Shown: positions 59,704 through 64,000 of the stretch, piece after piece
Numbering within the stretch: position 1 is the first letter of the stretch
Layout: each line of letters starts with the position of its first letter
Origin: Leucoraja erinacea
Taxonomy: Eukaryota
DNA length: 64,000 nucleotides
Reading direction: 5' to 3'
Assembly (NCBI RefSeq): GCF_028641065.1
Contig: NC_073387.1
Span: forward strand, 45,260,001-45,324,000
Notes under the pieces: generated by a model
Told to the model about the DNA's origin: nothing
What the model saw: only the letters and a program-made list of their open reading frames with translations
The model's database searches: none
Translations under genes and position numbers: made by a program

Positions 59704-62654
59704 TGTTTCTATGTGCTTGTTTCAAGCCTGCACCTTGGACTTGGACAAATAAGTGGTACATGAGAACAAAAGTAGAAGTTATCAAGCACACTGAACTCAT
59801 TTTGACATTCATTAAGGTTATGGCTGATTAGGTATACCCTTACTATTTTGGGGGATTCCATTAAATGGTTTTAGCATGGAGTAATGCTGATTGATGAGCT
59901 GAGTAGGACACTTCCATGGTCGTATGAGAAGAAACTGTGGCATTCAAGATCATTGTTGACGAACACCAGTTGAATTTAATTATATATCACTGCATCCCAT
60001 CCTAAGCTGGTGGTTTGGTCTTAGATACTAGTGAGTATGTTTGTTTCTGTGAGTATGGTAGTGCAGTCTATTGCTCAACATGATTTCATTTTGGAAATGA
60101 AGGCCATTTTTCAAACCTGTCCATTTCTTCTCTGCCAATTTTCTCTCATTGTTCCTGATTTTTTTTTTTAGGGTAGTGTTTCATGACTACCAGCAGTCCT
60201 CTGCGCCTCATTCAATTGGCAAATATTTGCCTATAGCTAGCTTTCCCTATATTGGAAGGGGATCAATTTGCTTTTCCTTTTCTCTCTGGAATACTAATCG
60301 TGTTTAGTGCTCTGATTTCTGTCCTGACTGCGATCAGCTAACCTGGTACGGATGTGCATTACTTGAGGACTTTCTAGAATGCATATTTCAATATCTCCTT
60401 GTCCAATATACAGTAATATCTGACAAGCTCTAACTCGGGGTACTGGTACTTACTATAAACTAAAGAAAAAAACTAATAATGCTGTTTAACAGGAAAAATG
60501 GCAGGGGAAAGAATGTATCTGGTAAGAATGAAACCTTTTGGAATACTGTTTAGCAGTTTATTTTTATTCCATGCTCTATCTGTTTGCCTACGTGGAGTAA
60601 TAATGGTCCTGTTTTTGAGGTTGAGGATGGCAACTGTACAGCCATTGCCATTATTACACTGTGCACCCATCAACAACCTCCCGGGAGTGCATATGCATTG
60701 TCAGTAACTTCATGCTCCACAGTTGTGTGGAATTTGTTTTCAACCTTCACGAGCATTAAATACAGGTATCAATCAATTAACCATGAAGTTAAGGATGTAG
60801 ATAATCGTAGTCGTACAGCACAGAAGTATGCCCTTCAGCCCATCATGTCTACAATGATAATCAAGTTCTGATGTGTTCTATTCCAATATACCAGCAACTG
60901 GTCCTTGGTGCACTATCTCTGGTGATCATCCCTGATGTTACTAATCCACCCAACATTCTGCCTTGCTATTGTCACTTCTCCAAACATTTGTCTCCCCTTG
61001 TGGGACCATCTGTCCAATGTTTAGTCTACTTGATGATCTCGCCTGTACTAGATATCCTTAAGATTGACATATTGACAACTGATACCAGAAATGAGAAGCT
61101 ATTGCTACGTTGATTGGCAAAACAGCATTTTATGTTGGTCCGTGGTGAGCATCTTAGCGTTGTCACTGACTGTAGTATCTAGGCAAGTAAATGGGTCATC
61201 CAGATGCTGCCTGACCAGCTGTGTTTCTCCAGCACTTTGTTCCTTGCTGAAGATTCCAGCATCTGTAGTTCCTTGTGTGTCCAGGCAAGTAAAGCAGAAC
61301 TGCCAGCCCATAATATGAACCAGATACAACCAGAGCTCAAAGCATTCTTTGATAAATGTGGAAAACACTATATACCTTTTTCTTTCATCCTTTACACAAT
61401 TTCCATTGAGCTCAGATAAAGCTCAGTTGGTAAATGTGTTACCTGGATTATATTCAGTTCAGCCAATCAGTCAAGGTTCACGTTACACCCCTCTTGTTCC
61501 AAATAATCCGATTTCAGTTCAAGTGTAAAATTAAGAATATCAAAACGCAAACGGAATTGATCATCTTTCCTGCATTTACTCTCTGAATCAATATAGTCAG
61601 GTTTGTAAGCAATACCTACTATTCTGAATTTTATACAGCGTGTTGTCCTACTTGATGCCCTATATTTCTCTGCAGTACATGATGTGCATCATCACTTCCA
61701 GTGACACTCTTAATTTTTTTAACAAGAACTTTCCTGATTTTCACAATAGACAGAATGGCTTCTCTTTCCTTACCTGCAGCACTGAGAGTTCCATCTTTGG
61801 TCTTGTTCATTCCCAGCTCCCCCGAACAACCCTCCCCCCTCCATTGCCTTTATGTTTTTTTTTAATAGAAACATAGAAAATAGGTGCAGGAGTAGGCCAT
61901 TCAGCCCTTCGATCCTGCACCGCCATTCAATATGATCATGATCTGACTCTTCAACATTCAGCCTCACAAAATCTACGCAGATCCCAAATAAACACTGGGA
62001 AACCACCATGCCCAGCCTCTGCACAATTTCTGAGTAGCTCAATGATACCTGATGCCAGGCGCACCCAAAGCCTTTCCATGATAAAGGCTGCTTGACTCTT
62101 TTCCTCATCTCTAACCGGGCCTCAACACAGTTCCTGTCGAAATCATCACCCATAGCTTTATGCCTTCACATTTCTCCAATGTTTTGCTGGCCAGCCTTCT
62201 CTATCTTCTTACTCTTCAAAATCATCCAGAACTTCTGCCTCATTCTATTCCTATGACGTCTTGCTGATCCATTACCCACATTCTCCTTGACCTCAAAGCA
62301 CTTAGTACTCAAACTGATCATCTTTGGTTTGGTCCTTATCTTTTCACTAATCTTTTCATACATCATAACGCCCAGAACCCTCTCTATATCTGACTTTGGA
62401 TTCTTGTGTGTGTCCTCCACTGTTGGACCCATCAGAGGTGGTTGTGTTTTCAGCAACTTAGAACCTTAACCTGAAACACCTCAGGCCATCTTTGATGAGT
62501 ACTGCAGGCATCTGTAAAATTGTGTGACTTTGCTACTGTGTCACCCACTTCAGCACAAGCTGTCATCATCTCCATACATAATTATTCTTGTGTTTTCCTG
62601 GGCAGTCTCCCATTTCTTCATCTTGGTAAACTTTGGCCTTTTGAAGACTTTGTT

Positions 62655-63808
62655 CAGTTCAGTTTATTGTCACGTGTACCGAGGTACAGTGAAAAGCTTT
62701 TAGTTGTATGCTAACCAGTCAGCAGAAAGACAATAAATAATCTGAATCTGAATCTGACATGTTTACAATCATTCCATTTACAGTGTTTAGATACATGATA
62801 AGGGAATAACGTTTAGTGCAAGGTAAAGGCAGCAAAGTCGGTCAACGATAGTCCGAGGGACATCAAAGAGGTAGATAGTAGTTCAGCACTGCTCTCTGGT
62901 TATGGTAGGGTGATTCAGTTGCCTGATAACTGCTGGGAAGAAACTGTCCCTGAATCTGGCGGTGTGCATTTTCACACTTCTACACCCTTTGCCTGATGGG
63001 AGAGAAGAAGTGGCCAGGGTGTGACTCGTCCTTGATTATGCTGCTGGTCTTGCCGAGGCAGCGTGAGGTATAAATTGAATCAATGGAGGGGAGGTTACTT
63101 TGTGTGAAGGCCTGGGCTGCGTCCACAATTCACTGCAATTTCATAGAAACATAGAAAATAGGTGCAGGAGTAGGCATTCTGCCCTTCGAGCCTGCACCGC
63201 CATTCAATGTGATCATGGCTGCTCATCCAACTCAGTATCCTGCACCTGCCTTCTCTCCATACCCCCTGATCCCTTTAGTCACAAGGGCCACATCTAACTC
63301 CCTCTTAAATATAGCCAATGAACTGGCCTCAACTACCTTCTGTGGCAGAGAATTCCAGAGATTCACCACTCTCTGCGTGAAATTTTTTTTTCTCATCTCG
63401 GTCCTAAAAGACTTCCCCCTTATCCTTAAACTGTGACCCCTTGTTCTGGACTTCCCAAACATCGGGAACAATCTTCCTGCATCTAGCCTGTCCAACCCCT
63501 TAATAATTTTGTAAGTTTCTATAAGATCCCCCCTCAATCTTCTAAATTCTAGCGAGTACAAGCCGAGTCTATCCAGTCTTTCTTCATATGAAAGTCCCGA
63601 CATCCCAGGAATCAGTCTGGTGAACCTTCTCTGCACTCCCTCTATGGCAAGAATGTGTTTCCTCAGATTAGGAGACCAAAACTGTACACAATACTCCAGG
63701 TGTGGTCTCACCAAGACCCTGTACAACTGCAATAGAACCTCCCTGCTCCTATACTCAAATCCTCTTGCTATGAATTTCTCACGATCTTGGATGGAGCTGT
63801 TCCCAAAC
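62655..63808 (-). mobile_element. Rex1-like LINE fragment interrupted by a CR1-like insertion
   Basis: Minus-strand RFRDSFFPAVIRQLN peptide; host sequence resumes after 63772. Confidence 0.65.
63143..63772 (-). mobile_element. Young 5'-truncated CR1-like LINE with 6-bp TSD AATTTC
   Basis: Open ORF 63232-63732 near identical to the 39474 copy; TSD 63137-63142 and 63773-63778. Confidence 0.93.
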
Positions 63809-64000
63809 TTTGTTGCCCTGTCTTATCTTTACATATTCCCGATCAACAACCCTGTATTTGCTGATTCTGACTTTAACTCTTTGAATGTTAAATTCTCATC
63901 CTTATACCTGTACTTACATTTTTTGATGTTCATTATGTCCCCTTATCGTTGCTGAAACCTACTACATTCTTATGGTTCTGTTCTTTGGTGCAATGTCCCT

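Noticed and set aside
52692-64000. Further COL23A1 exons
   Set aside because: No furin-site/Cys exon or Gly-X-Y exon with splice sites found; treated as intron 1

Overview
Eukaryotic (vertebrate) genomic DNA, most likely a cartilaginous fish (skate/ray; inferred from the repeat content: V-SINE/HE1-like SINEs, CR1-like LINE 3' ends with TTTCTATG tails, Penelope termini). Three spliced + strand genes were reconstructed by hand from GT-AG boundaries and reading-frame continuity: (1) the last four coding exons and 3'UTR of RASGEF1C (143-5345); (2) a complete 13-exon CLK1/4-type LAMMER kinase, called CLK4 because it sits next to COL23A1 (non-coding exon 1 ends 16723, CDS 21626-33544, 482 aa); (3) the first coding exon of the transmembrane collagen COL23A1 (52413-52691). 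The rest is intron/intergenic DNA dense in TEs: a full-length decayed Tc1, head-to-tail arrays of Helitron-like units, a three-armed foldback element built from a decayed THAP-domain transposon end, MITEs, LINE fragments with target-site duplications, a Penelope remnant and many Penelope termini with minimal hammerhead-like cores. Most ORFs in the supplied track are spurious or TE-derived. Most notable: the kinase has DLG instead of DFG, keeps the 91-nt regulated exon 4 between two TE-free introns, has an overlapping uORF, and may carry a homopolymer frameshift at its C-terminus. I found no evidence for a wholly new multi-gene system. Comparisons to human proteins are from memory, not from database searches.
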